A stretch of DNA of 64,000 bases, taken from the NCBI GenBank assembly GCA_963813025.1, contig CAWEXO010000013.1:608001-672000 (forward strand). Direction: 5' to 3'. Numbering within the stretch: position 1 is the first letter of the stretch; every line of letters begins with the position of its first letter. The stretch comes from an uncultured Verrucomicrobiae bacterium (GTDB lineage: Bacteria; Verrucomicrobiota; Verrucomicrobiia; Chthoniobacterales; JAFAMB01). A model generated the notes under the pieces. The model did no database searches and was not told where the DNA came from. It saw nothing but the letters and a program-made list of their open reading frames with translations. The position numbers were made by a program, and so were the translations under genes. This document shows positions 18,152 to 27,595 of this stretch, one piece after another.

Positions 18152-18451
18152 TCATTGGCTCGCCCGCAGCAAAACATCGGGATGACATGGTTGGTCAAGC
18201 CGGCACCAGCAAGCCAAGTCGTGACCGCGCAACAGGTGAAGGTTGTCCCGCATCCATTGTGCTCGGTGATCATCTGAATGAAGCAGCCAGTCTTCGAAGA
18301 GACGGACTGCAGTTGCGGCATCTGGCACGGACACATCCCCGACTCGGAACGGATTTCCAAAGTGTCCTCCCCATGTCACTACGACAGCACCGGGGGGGTT
18401 CCGATAGCCACGGACACGACGCAGCTGAACGCCATGCGGCTCAAGACTCAT
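18152..18451 (-). CDS. DUF4326-like phage protein
   Basis: FGNPF ... LRGHDLACWC...PCH.DVL. Confidence 0.8.
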   Translation of the reverse strand: MSLEPHGVQLRRVRGYRNPPGAVVVTWGGHFGNPFRVGDVSVPDAATAVRLFEDWLLHSDDHRAQWMRDNLHLLRGHDLACWCRLDQPCHPDVLLRASQ

Positions 18452-18549
18452 GGGAAGAATAGATTCGCGGCTACAGGGGTGGGCCGTGGGGTAGCCGGTG
18501 CACGTGCTCTGCTTTAGGTTGGGGACTGGAGGATGGGAGGGGGATGGGT

Positions 18550-19254
18550 TTAGGGGCTAGTCTTTTTAGCTTCTGCCTCGAACGCTTCCCGCTTCTGTAA
18601 AAGCGCGGCAATCTCCTTCTCCATGGCCGCGGGGCGCAGCTCGGAGGTAGGAGATACCCCGAGATGCCTGACCAGTTCTGGCGGACAAAACTTATTCAAA
18701 GCTTGAACACCGAACGCATACTTTGCCACATCCGCCAGGCCGGCTGCGGGATCGATCCGCTCTTTGAGCCATTCGACTACGGCAATGACGCGCTGAGCCC
18801 GGAGTGTTTCGGCCTGTTGTTGCAACAAGGTCTTTGCGCAATCAAGCCGGGTCCTAAGTTCTTCAGCGGCGGCCTGTCGTTTCTGGCTGGTCTTCTGCAA
18901 CCGCGATTGCAAAACACGGGTTCTGGCCTGAGCAACCGAAAGTTCAGCGACCAAGCTCTCCTCGTCCTCCCGCTCGTCATTGGTGAGACGCTCCTCGGCG
19001 GCCTTGGCTGAGGTAAGCTTGGCGTTCAATTCGGTTTCCTGGAGGGCGAGCTTCCGAAAAATGTCATGGGCCTTCTCCAACGTCAGCCAGACGTCGCCTG
19101 GATCGGCCGATTTTCGGAAGGGAATTGCCGGCACCTGAGGTGCATTAGCCAACAGTTCTGGAGGATAGGATGGAGGCGGAGCCTCGCGGACTGGGAGTGC
19201 CGGAGTTGATGGAACAATGGGTGGACGGACGGGGGATTCAGTCGTCGGGTTCAT
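18550..19254 (-). CDS. Hypothetical coiled-coil protein
   Basis: Pro-rich N-terminus and long helical heptad region; translationally coupled to the upstream gene. Confidence 0.65.
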   Translation of the reverse strand: MNPTTESPVRPPIVPSTPALPVREAPPPSYPPELLANAPQVPAIPFRKSADPGDVWLTLEKAHDIFRKLALQETELNAKLTSAKAAEERLTNDEREDEESLVAELSVAQARTRVLQSRLQKTSQKRQAAAEELRTRLDCAKTLLQQQAETLRAQRVIAVVEWLKERIDPAAGLADVAKYAFGVQALNKFCPPELVRHLGVSPTSELRPAAMEKEIAALLQKREAFEAEAKKTSP

Positions 19255-19499
19255 TTGTTTCGAGCTGCTGCCTTTTTGAGAGAAGTAATAATCGGGGAAG
19301 GCTGCTTCGAGTTTTCGGCCCGGGTTGATCTCAGGTACTCGGCTTCGCTTTTGGGAAGCGTAGCTTTGCTTTTTACTGGAGGGCGGAGGCTAGCGGCGAT
19401 AAGCCGCCCGGCGTGATCGGCTGGGGAACGACCGAGCAACTGGGCGCCTTCGCGAAGCCGCTGGTAGTCGCTGCTCGATAGCTGGATGGTAAGTGTCAT
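19251..19499 (-). CDS. Small hypothetical protein, RHH/CopG-like N-terminus
   Basis: MTLTIQLSSSDYQRLREGAQLLGRSPADHAGRLI; 4-bp overlaps with both neighbours. Confidence 0.55.
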   Translation of the reverse strand: MTLTIQLSSSDYQRLREGAQLLGRSPADHAGRLIAASLRPPVKSKATLPKSEAEYLRSTRAENSKQPSPIITSLKKAAARNK

Positions 19500-19729
19500 G
19501 AGTGGGATCTTTCTATTTTTGGGTTACAGGAAAACTTAATGGAGAGCCCCTCGAATTGGCCGGCCACTGAGGAAGGCAGCAGCCAGGCCTGGAGACTGAC
19601 GGTACCGCTTTCCCGATAAAGCACGCCAACGAAATCAGGCTGCCAAAGTTCGGTTTTGGAAGACTTCCGATTGAGCCTTATTGTGCAGGCATCCAGGCTT
19701 TCGAAGAGCCGTGGGAAACTTGTTTTCAC
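19496..19729 (-). CDS. Small hypothetical protein
   Basis: Coupled ORF within the operon; contains QPDFVG. Confidence 0.5.
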   Translation of the reverse strand: MKTSFPRLFESLDACTIRLNRKSSKTELWQPDFVGVLYRESGTVSLQAWLLPSSVAGQFEGLSIKFSCNPKIERSHS

Positions 19730-20211
19730 AAAGAGTTTCGTTTCAGCTCCTCGCTGAAAGCGGTCCTGAAGGTTTTCAGGTACGCCTCATCAAAAGTGGC
19801 GTAACGCTGAGTATCTAGTTCGGCCCGATCATTGTCAGAAATTACGGCGGCAAAGTAAACCGACCCTTCTTCTGGTGGGACGACCTCGTAGATTTGCACT
19901 TCGTGACTTGGCGAATTCCACCGGGAACGCCAGAGGGCGTTGTCACGCGTGAAGGTGAGCTGACGCCTCCGCTGTGCGAGTACAGCTCGGATCAGGGTGC
20001 GATTAATCTGGCCGGAGTAGACCGGGCCGTGCGCCGAGGAAAGCACGCCGGTTAGCTCAAAACTGGTGCAACCTTCGTAGAGGTTACCGCACTCAGGGCC
20101 GAGACACCTCCCAGTCATTCGGTCACTGGCCTCGTCATAGGAAAACTCAAAAACAGATCCGCATCTCGTGCAGGTGCGGAGGGTTCTGTAACTCCAGGCT
20201 TGGGTGGACAT
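19726..20211 (-). CDS. Hypothetical protein with N-terminal CxxC...CxxxxC zinc-finger-like motif
   Basis: CTRCG...CLGPECG. Confidence 0.55.
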   Translation of the reverse strand: MSTQAWSYRTLRTCTRCGSVFEFSYDEASDRMTGRCLGPECGNLYEGCTSFELTGVLSSAHGPVYSGQINRTLIRAVLAQRRRQLTFTRDNALWRSRWNSPSHEVQIYEVVPPEEGSVYFAAVISDNDRAELDTQRYATFDEAYLKTFRTAFSEELKRNSL

Positions 20212-21080
20212 AGGGATTTTTTGTGGGTTTGTGGGGTTTAGGATGGTCTATGGAAATTGGTACGAGTTCGGTTTTGGGCAGTCATGACTTTATGATCAGT
20301 GCTCGTCCGCCTCCATAATGCGTTACGCACGGCCTCTGACACATGCTTTGTACGCAAAGCTCTTCTTCGCGCTCGATGTTTGGCGGGACATAGCCACTAG
20401 CCGCTATGGTCACCGGCTTAGTAAGACCTCTTAAGATAAGGTCCTCAGCTGGCAGTGATGCTGGCACTGAACCGCGAAATCTTTCGGCGAGGCCAAGGCA
20501 ACAGCAAAAAGGCCAGGAGCTGGCCAAGGAAGAGACGACGTTTTACTTGCTTTGTTCTCATAGGGTAGAAACGAGTGAACTGACTGAATAGGGTCTTTCA
20601 TGCTGATGGCGGTGGAAGGCGACCATTCAAAAACTGAACCAGCCCGGATTAGGGCATCGCGCGTTTGGTCGAAACATCAGCCTCGGGGGTTTAGCGTTTC
20701 TCAATCCAGAGCGCCAGACTTTGGAAAACAAGGTGGCGCAACAGGAGCAGCTCCTTAAGTTCAGCGCGGTCCAACGAGCGTTGGAATTTCAGAGTGGTCA
20801 GTTCTTTGAACCGATCGTAGCGCTCCACGAAGGAGCGGGAATCCGCATCACTCCGGGTTCGTAACTCGCTCACGACGGTGGGTTCGGGCATGTTCCACAA
20901 GAATGTTCCATAAAGAACGCGGTTAGACAAAGAAGAGAAGGAAAGAAGAGATCCTTCCCACTTAAGCTTCTCCACTTTAGTAAATAGTAATAGAAGAGAA
21001 GAATAAGAAAGAAACAAGGAACGGGGTACGTCTTCCCGAAGCTGCCGGGAAGGTACCTGCACGAAGCTGGCGGGAAGGTA

Positions 21081-21413
21081 TCACTCCCAGGGCAGTTTCC
21101 AATTCAGGGTTATTTTTGGATTTTTGCCATTTGTCCGTTCCCACGTAATGGCTCTGTATTTTTTCAACACCTGCAACGCTTTTTGTTTTTGATTCTTTGA
21201 GATTCTGTAGGGACGCAGGCTTTCTGAGGTGAGAGCGATGGGATTTTTATGTTTCCAGTCCAAGTAACACGTTTCGTAGAGCACCAAGAGGACAGTCAAG
21301 GCGGGCATGTAGCCACTCGCAATGATTGTAAGCAGGACCGATTTCGGAAGCGTCAAGCGCTCCAACTTTCGATATTTCGAGGAACTCACAATCTCCGCAT
21401 GATTTCGTCCCAC
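21081..21413 (-). CDS. Small winged-helix-like protein overlapping the polymerase 3' end
   Basis: ISKNQKQKALQVLKKYRAITWERTNGKNPKITL fits a recognition helix plus wing. Confidence 0.55.
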   Translation of the reverse strand: MGRNHAEIVSSSKYRKLERLTLPKSVLLTIIASGYMPALTVLLVLYETCYLDWKHKNPIALTSESLRPYRISKNQKQKALQVLKKYRAITWERTNGKNPKITLNWKLPWE

Positions 21414-23098
21414 ATGGGTTTGCCCTTCTTTTTCATGTAGCGGTCTGGATACCGAACGAGGGTCGACTCCACTCGCAGTTGGTAGCCGTCCAGAACCATG
21501 GCGGAGGCTTTCCCCATGCAGGCCTGCAGTGCATCTACGACAGTTTCAATCTCGGCGGCCGGCGCTACCACAGCCATGGCATCATGCATCAAACCGCAGA
21601 CGGGGAGTTCAGCTTCCGTCGCAAAGATGGCCGCCAGCCGCAGCATGTCGCCAGCGTTGCCCTGGCTGTGATAATTGCCGGCAGCCCGGGCATTGCAGCT
21701 GGCGTCGGTGATGCGTTTACGCCAGCCGAAGGTGGTAAATTGAAAGGTATGGATAAAGGCGTGATTCTTGACGTCCTCCAGCCACTCCCAGTAGCGCGGG
21801 AAAATCTCCCGATGCAGGCGCAGCAACCGCCTGGCTACCGTTTGTGGTTGTCCCAGCTGGCCGGCGAGGGTTTGGTCGTGAATCTCGTACTGAGTGCCAA
21901 GGATGCAGGGTTTGTAACGCTCACGCAGCTCCTCGTGAGTCTCCTTGGTCACGCCGGGCGGAGCATCTCCGACCTCCATGGCAAACCACAGGTAGATATC
22001 GGGACTTTCGTAAGCCCGGATCATGTTGGGATCGCCGGAGAGCACTGCGGCAATGCCAAACTCCTGAGCCACCCAGTCCAGGACAGCGAAGGTTTCGCCC
22101 GGCGCCGGTTTAACTAAGCCGCGCAGCCACGAGGGAGCGCCGAGAATGGATTTGGCAGGCGAGGGCATGTTACGGCCCGTGATTGTCCAGAATGGGTTCA
22201 TGTACGCGCGATTGCAGCCATCCGAACCGACAGGAAAATCTAAAAGTCGCGTTTTGGAGAGAATGCCTCGCAGGTAGCGCAACTTCAGAAGCTGGGGATA
22301 AACTCGAGCCCGTTCTTCAAAAGCCTCGTCATCCAGGCGAAGTGTGCCGCTTTTAAGAACCGGCCATTCAATGCCTTCTCGCGTCAGGTACTCAACAAAT
22401 TTGTTCGTGTTAAACGAAGCGCCTTCATAAACTCCGTAGTCTCGATCGACTTCGGCAATCAACTCTTGTTTAATCCGTGACATCTCTTCCCGGAGACGAT
22501 CGCGCAGCGGTTCATCAAAAGGTACGCCGACTCGCTCAATCCAAGCCAGGCTGTACATGTAGCGTCCGCGCAGAGTGGCTCGGGGGAGGTCCAACAGAGG
22601 CAACATCTTTCTAAAAAGCTCCGCAGTTTCATCCACGTCACTTTCGCAATAATCCAGAATTTCCTGGCGTTCTTCCGAGCTCCAAGGTCCGCCACGCAAG
22701 ACCAGATCTCGCTTCGCGGCCTTTTCTTCTTTGGTGATCGCGACAATGCCGAAGTCCACTAGAGCCCGTAACAGGGAAGTTGGCGTGGGCTTCTTCGTCT
22801 GGCCGTTTATGAGCCAGCGATATTCGCTATAGAGATCCAGAATGCACTGCGGTTTGGCCCAGCCAAGCGCCAGGTGACAGGAAGCTTCGGCGCTTGTCTG
22901 GTATGATACAAAGAGGGAACCTGGCCCTATATCGTAGGGTGGACGGTCCTCAAATTCCGTGTACCAAAGTTTGATTTTCCGGTTCGAGCGCAGTTCGCGC
23001 GCGACCAAACAGATCGGCTGCACATTACCGTTGCCTTGCGGAATAAACTCAAAGTCAGCAATGGTAATGTGCCGGAACCGATCGAGCAGGAAGGACAC
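21386..23098 (-). CDS. Family A DNA polymerase with 3'-5' exonuclease and no 5' nuclease domain
   Basis: ExoI DFE, ExoIII YCESD, TITGRN, motif A DWVAQE, motif B RERYK..ILGTQY, SQGNAGD and motif C MHDA. Confidence 0.92.
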   Translation of the reverse strand: MSFLLDRFRHITIADFEFIPQGNGNVQPICLVARELRSNRKIKLWYTEFEDRPPYDIGPGSLFVSYQTSAEASCHLALGWAKPQCILDLYSEYRWLINGQTKKPTPTSLLRALVDFGIVAITKEEKAAKRDLVLRGGPWSSEERQEILDYCESDVDETAELFRKMLPLLDLPRATLRGRYMYSLAWIERVGVPFDEPLRDRLREEMSRIKQELIAEVDRDYGVYEGASFNTNKFVEYLTREGIEWPVLKSGTLRLDDEAFEERARVYPQLLKLRYLRGILSKTRLLDFPVGSDGCNRAYMNPFWTITGRNMPSPAKSILGAPSWLRGLVKPAPGETFAVLDWVAQEFGIAAVLSGDPNMIRAYESPDIYLWFAMEVGDAPPGVTKETHEELRERYKPCILGTQYEIHDQTLAGQLGQPQTVARRLLRLHREIFPRYWEWLEDVKNHAFIHTFQFTTFGWRKRITDASCNARAAGNYHSQGNAGDMLRLAAIFATEAELPVCGLMHDAMAVVAPAAEIETVVDALQACMGKASAMVLDGYQLRVESTLVRYPDRYMKKKGKPMWDEIMRRL

Positions 23099-23105
23099 GC
23101 TTGCC

Positions 23106-23834
23106 CTACTCCACGCCAGCCAGGTTCTGCATGATCGGATGTTCCATGGAATCGATCACCCGATTCTTGAAGGCTAGCCGCAGAATTTCGCCAAAAGATA
23201 CCTCCGGCCAAATCGGTTCGGGCATCTTTCCGTTAGGCCGGACATAGGCATAACAGCCGCCTTCGGCATAGACACGCAACCATTCGGTTTTGCACATATC
23301 GGCAATCTCTCTGGCGGTTCTCCAATAATCATTGTCCCTGGCCCCATCCAGGGGGAGGCGTATTTTCCAGACGAAAGGCTTTTCCGCGTGGCGCTCCAAA
23401 GCCAGACAAAGAATGACACTTTTCATGAGCACCTTGTATTCCTCTGCCAGCTCCTGCAAAAAGGGAGGAGAAATCAGGTAGGTATCCCTTTCCATCCCTG
23501 CCTCATCGGTGTCTTCAAAGATGTAAGTCAGGTGCTGATAGTCTTCCCCGGGATGCACCCGACAAAAGGAGCCAGGCCGCGGAACTTTTCTAATGCTGTA
23601 GCTGGTGACTAACTTCTTAGCCGGGGCTTTTAGCGTTGCCTGGCTCAAACGCATGTTGACCGGGTCGAATGGGTCAAATGCGGGTTTTGGTTCGCTGCGT
23701 GAAGCTTCAACCGGTTCTGGCTGAGCCGACGGACTTACTTCGGATATGTGGTTTTGGGCGCCATCCGAGCTGAATGTATCAAAACTAACTGTCTCGCGTT
23801 TTTTCATAAAAGTTAGATTGCCGGGGGTTTTCAC
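23106..23834 (-). CDS. Conserved-looking hypothetical protein upstream of PolA (possible ssDNA-binding partner)
   Basis: Aromatic-rich beta pattern (IRKVPRPGSFCRVHP, FVWKIRLP, EWLRV, PIWPE); ends 7 bp before the polymerase start. Confidence 0.65.
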   Translation of the reverse strand: MKTPGNLTFMKKRETVSFDTFSSDGAQNHISEVSPSAQPEPVEASRSEPKPAFDPFDPVNMRLSQATLKAPAKKLVTSYSIRKVPRPGSFCRVHPGEDYQHLTYIFEDTDEAGMERDTYLISPPFLQELAEEYKVLMKSVILCLALERHAEKPFVWKIRLPLDGARDNDYWRTAREIADMCKTEWLRVYAEGGCYAYVRPNGKMPEPIWPEVSFGEILRLAFKNRVIDSMEHPIMQNLAGVE

Positions 23835-23837
23835 TGA

Positions 23838-24191
23838 TTAGGTTTGAAACTCTAGCTGCCGCCCATCCCGTTTAGCCTTGCGCGGCCTGCGGGGCAGCTC
23901 GTAAAGCGTAAACACTTCGGGTAGGAGACAGGAGCAGCTCACCGCGGTAGGTATCCACCACCGGTGGTTCTCGTTCGTAATTCGGGAGTCTGCTCGCGCC
24001 GCAAATAATACGACGAGCGGCTGCTGGCACTTATCGCAGCTAAGTTCCCGGTGCTTGTTCTCTCTCCAGCAGGGAAGAGAATTAAGCAGCGCAAACTGGG
24101 TGCCGCGGACTTCTAAGAATTCTGGTCTTTTAACGGTAACACGTTTCATAATTATTGGTTTTCTTCCCCCTCTGGGAACCCTCCCTCTCAA
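23838..24191 (-). CDS. Hypothetical protein
   Basis: Coupled ORF in the operon; contains CDKC and CSC. Confidence 0.4.
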   Translation of the reverse strand: MRGRVPRGGRKPIIMKRVTVKRPEFLEVRGTQFALLNSLPCWRENKHRELSCDKCQQPLVVLFAARADSRITNENHRWWIPTAVSCSCLLPEVFTLYELPRRPRKAKRDGRQLEFQT

Positions 24192-24556
24192 GGGCGCTCA
24201 CTATCATCTTTTCTGAGACTGTTTAAGATAGGTCCTGTCGTGCGATTAAACCGGGTACCATATGCTCGCTTGCCTGCCCATCGCCTTCTGGTGAGTTCCT
24301 CGACCTTTGATTTTAGTTCCGCCAAGTCGTCGCTGAACATGCTCCAGAGAGGAGCGGCCAATTCCGGGAGCCTTTTCGGAACGCCGATAAAGATGCACTG
24401 GAAGCGTTCTCCCGGTTCACCTGAACTTTCTTTTGTGTAGAACTCGAACAATCCATTTCGCGTTTCGACGGCGGGTTCTGGCAGTAGCGGGCGATAGCCG
24501 TCCAAAATAGTGGCGTTAGTAAATCTCATAGGCTCTCTCCGTTCTTTGCTTGTCAT
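24188..24556 (-). CDS. Hypothetical protein
   Basis: Operon-like ORF with a 4-bp overlap. Confidence 0.45.
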   Translation of the reverse strand: MTSKERREPMRFTNATILDGYRPLLPEPAVETRNGLFEFYTKESSGEPGERFQCIFIGVPKRLPELAAPLWSMFSDDLAELKSKVEELTRRRWAGKRAYGTRFNRTTGPILNSLRKDDSERP

Positions 24557-24644
24557 GGATAATTTCTGATTTCGGCTCCTAAGTTTCGGCCGCTATCTTC
24601 GATGATGAAAACGGCTGAGCCGCTCCAGAGTAGTTCCAGGGAGC

Positions 24645-25469
24645 TCATGCCGCCTCTCCTTCTAACAATCTTCGGATAACGACTTGCTGGTGACTTTCGC
24701 GTTCCTGTACGTGTTCCAGCGGTTCAGGCAAAAGTTTTTCCAGTCGATTGCGTAAAATCTCGACGATGATTCGTTGACTCAAGGCTTCGGTTTCTACCGC
24801 TTCGTGTTGCCCGCCGTCCTTGTAACGACGATCCTGCTTGATAATGACAGGGAGCTGGTATCGCTCGACCTGTTCCAGCATGAGCGCTAGTCGTTCCCAG
24901 CACAGTTCGCCTACTTCACGTTCCAGTACGCGCCAAGTATTCTGCTCAATCAAATTTCCGCATAGGTCGTAGTCGCCCAGATAAATTACCTGATGAGAAG
25001 GACGCAGAATCGGGGCGATATCCGTGTGAAGAAATCCTCCACATTGACCATTGGTTGGAGCAATCCGGACGCCGTAATGGCGGGCGACTGCGCGTAAGAC
25101 ACCAGCGAGCGAGCGGCTTTCAGTAAGGATTAAGGGGGCGTTACCGTTCCACGGATCAAGCCGCGCTGCTGACAACACCCCTAGTACCCATTCTCTGACC
25201 GTAGTTGAACCGGTGAAGTCTTCCAGAGATCGGGTTTCATCCACGATCCAGTCCCAAGGAATGGCGCCGGACTCACGCAAGTCCGTCAGCGCATCGCTCA
25301 TATCTTGGTCCGGCCGTCGGCCCGCACCCGCCTTCTTCTCTTTAGAAACGACTCCGCGCGTGATCAGCTCATAGTACAAGAACCGCGGCGAGGTCGGGAG
25401 CGCCTGGTCGTGCTCGTGCTCCTTTACTAGCTCAAACAACGCGTCGCGTAGCCTGCCAATTTTGCTCAC
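24645..25469 (-). CDS. Spo11/topoisomerase VI-A-like wHTH-TOPRIM protein
   Basis: PRFLYY (candidate catalytic Tyr), IPWDWIVDETR, conserved E (TES), YLGDYD (DxD), ERLAL...YQLP and ETEAL. Confidence 0.7.
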   Translation of the reverse strand: MSKIGRLRDALFELVKEHEHDQALPTSPRFLYYELITRGVVSKEKKAGAGRRPDQDMSDALTDLRESGAIPWDWIVDETRSLEDFTGSTTVREWVLGVLSAARLDPWNGNAPLILTESRSLAGVLRAVARHYGVRIAPTNGQCGGFLHTDIAPILRPSHQVIYLGDYDLCGNLIEQNTWRVLEREVGELCWERLALMLEQVERYQLPVIIKQDRRYKDGGQHEAVETEALSQRIIVEILRNRLEKLLPEPLEHVQERESHQQVVIRRLLEGEAA

Positions 25470-25502
25470 TCACTTCCTCCTTGGCCTGAGACCGTCCACC
25501 AG

Positions 25503-26123
25503 TTAAGGGGTCAAAACTCGTTCGGCAGGGTCATAGTAGCGGGTGCTCGAATCAGTGGCTCGCGAAGCGGCTCCCAGACTTGATCCGTTTTGCTTAACTG
25601 GTGGACACTGACCCCCTTTATTTCGCCATCTGCGTTTCTTTGCTGTATCGGTCACCTTCCGACGCCTGATCCGACACTTGGCGCAGTACCGTTTTCGGGG
25701 TTCGATTCGGTGTTTTCCGCAGTCTGGGCACCGCCGGGTTATCGGCTGAACAACTACGGTCTCCGGGAAAGCCTCGCGATAGAGCTGTGCCGCTTCCCGA
25801 AATGTTTTGCCTTGGGTGAATGTTGGCCAATCCCGCTCGCCCCGCTTTTCCATCGGCAGGACGCTTTCTTCGAAGTACGGACAACGTTGGCCCAGGGCGA
25901 GCAGACATCGGCTGCCGGCCTTCTGCCACCGGAAGTGGCAGGCAGTTAGGAGATCTACGCCTGTCCCGAGACAGGTGCCGTCGGAACAAAAATTCACGCA
26001 ATGCGTTTTAGCCTGGTAAAAAACGGACCGCAGCTTCTGGGCGTGGCCATTAGCGGACGGGGCTGGGCCCACCGCGTTTGCTTGGCCAAGACAGCTCATA
26101 AACGCACCTCTTGGTCCCGACAT
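25503..26123 (-). CDS. Hypothetical Cys-rich zinc-finger protein
   Basis: HCVNF..C..C..CPYFE and CPDC..RYCAKC. Confidence 0.55.
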   Translation of the reverse strand: MSGPRGAFMSCLGQANAVGPAPSANGHAQKLRSVFYQAKTHCVNFCSDGTCLGTGVDLLTACHFRWQKAGSRCLLALGQRCPYFEESVLPMEKRGERDWPTFTQGKTFREAAQLYREAFPETVVVQPITRRCPDCGKHRIEPRKRYCAKCRIRRRKVTDTAKKRRWRNKGGQCPPVKQNGSSLGAASRATDSSTRYYDPAERVLTP

Positions 26124-26395
26124 GCGGGATTGCGTTTCGGAGAACGAGACCTGGGCGGGAAGACTTCCCGCTTGGTTGGTTTAAGTTGCACTGAGGCAAC
26201 GATGGGGGTATTTGACATCGCGTTTCTTTCTTCGGGTCGTGATTCTTTGCTGGGTCACGACCCCTTTTTTCTTTGTGAGGCGGAATTTGGTTCCGGCTCC
26301 GCCTCGTTTGGACCGGTGCCAGCAGGGTGCTGGCGAAATGGTCAAGTCCGCGGCTCATTTTGTTTTAAGGCAAGGGAACCTTCGAGATCTGAGGA

Positions 26396-26605
26396 TTATT
26401 CTGCGATCGATGCGCAAACGATTTCGCTTTCCAGATAGCGCCGCACCTGCTCGGCATCGTAAAAAAAGGACCGGTAGCCATCCTTTCTGTAGTCTATTAA
26501 TCGGAGTTTGCGCAGCGTATCAAGTTTCCACGGCGAACACCCTGTGTCCGCACAGAGGCGAAGCGTTTCGGCCTTCGAGCTCCACTTACGTTTTGAAGGA
26601 GTCAT
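26396..26605 (-). CDS. Excisionase/AlpA-like HTH protein
   Basis: TGCSPWKLDTLRKLRLI...FFYDAEQVRRYL; divergent from the repressor. Confidence 0.6.
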   Translation of the reverse strand: MTPSKRKWSSKAETLRLCADTGCSPWKLDTLRKLRLIDYRKDGYRSFFYDAEQVRRYLESEIVCASIAE

Positions 26606-26755
26606 GGTTGGTAAATTCAATTTTCAGTCGAGAGATAGAACAACAGATTAGCAACGACTGCACAAGAAATATTTTGAAAGATCCTAATATTGCTATCTGA
26701 TTCCTTTTAATCCTTGTATTCGTAGGACAATGGAGTGACTCTTGCGCTGAAAGTC

Positions 26756-27595
26756 ATGCCACGTAGACCTGCTCAATCACACGTCTTGCGCACGGTCCGG
26801 GAACGGGCGGGTTTAACTCAGCGCGTTCTTGCGGACCGGATTGGATGCACTCCGGGAATGCTGCAGCAGTTCGAGAATGGAAGGGCGCGACTCTCGGAGA
26901 AACTGGCGAAACGAATCTCCTTTGAACTCGGCTGTGATTGGAGCCAGCTCCTGGACAACATGGAGCCGGAAAGGCCGATAGTGCCTTCCGGCGAAGAATT
27001 TACGACCGAATTCTATCGCACGTACGTCAGAAGCGGCTTCGCGGAACAATCGCAGGCGGACGGGGATGGCCAAGCGATTGGGTTTATGGTCCAAGCAATT
27101 TTAGATGCTGCTAATCAGGAGGGGCGTTATCGAAGCGTTACGGCATCGCTTTTCAGCGTGCTCAGGGACTTCATAAAGGAGCTAAGACTAGGACAAAGCA
27201 TATACGAGCTGCTGAAAAACTACGGCATGGGCGTACAAGGCCAGAACCCTAAAACCGATTTTCTAACTCGGTCCTGGTCTGCTGAAGACCACGTTCGCCA
27301 GGCTCTTGAGACGCTGACCTGGATCGGGCGTGACCCACAAATACGAGCTAATCGAGACCAGGTCAGGCCGCACCTGTACAAAATTCTTGAGTTTCGAGCC
27401 GCTACGCAGCCTTCGGCGGAAAAATCGACCAATACGCCTTCGCGGCCTTGGGAGTCACCCGATGACGATAAAAACGCTGAAACAAGCGCAATCCGCCCGA
27501 GTGCCCCATCGACTGAGCCGTTGCCGCGTCGTTCTGGCCGTAAACGGAGTGATAAGAGCCGTACGAGTGCCGGAGCGCATCCTGCGGCCACCTGA
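26756..27595 (+). CDS. XRE-family HTH transcriptional repressor
   Basis: LRTVRERAGLTQRVLADRIGCTPGMLQQFENGR. Confidence 0.85.
   Translation: MPRRPAQSHVLRTVRERAGLTQRVLADRIGCTPGMLQQFENGRARLSEKLAKRISFELGCDWSQLLDNMEPERPIVPSGEEFTTEFYRTYVRSGFAEQSQADGDGQAIGFMVQAILDAANQEGRYRSVTASLFSVLRDFIKELRLGQSIYELLKNYGMGVQGQNPKTDFLTRSWSAEDHVRQALETLTWIGRDPQIRANRDQVRPHLYKILEFRAATQPSAEKSTNTPSRPWESPDDDKNAETSAIRPSAPSTEPLPRRSGRKRSDKSRTSAGAHPAAT

Noticed and set aside
20282..21062. ORFs 20282-20527, 20406-20591 and 20691-21062
   Set aside because: No motifs, and they partly overlap the low-complexity origin-like tract. A short real gene near 20691-20891 cannot be excluded.
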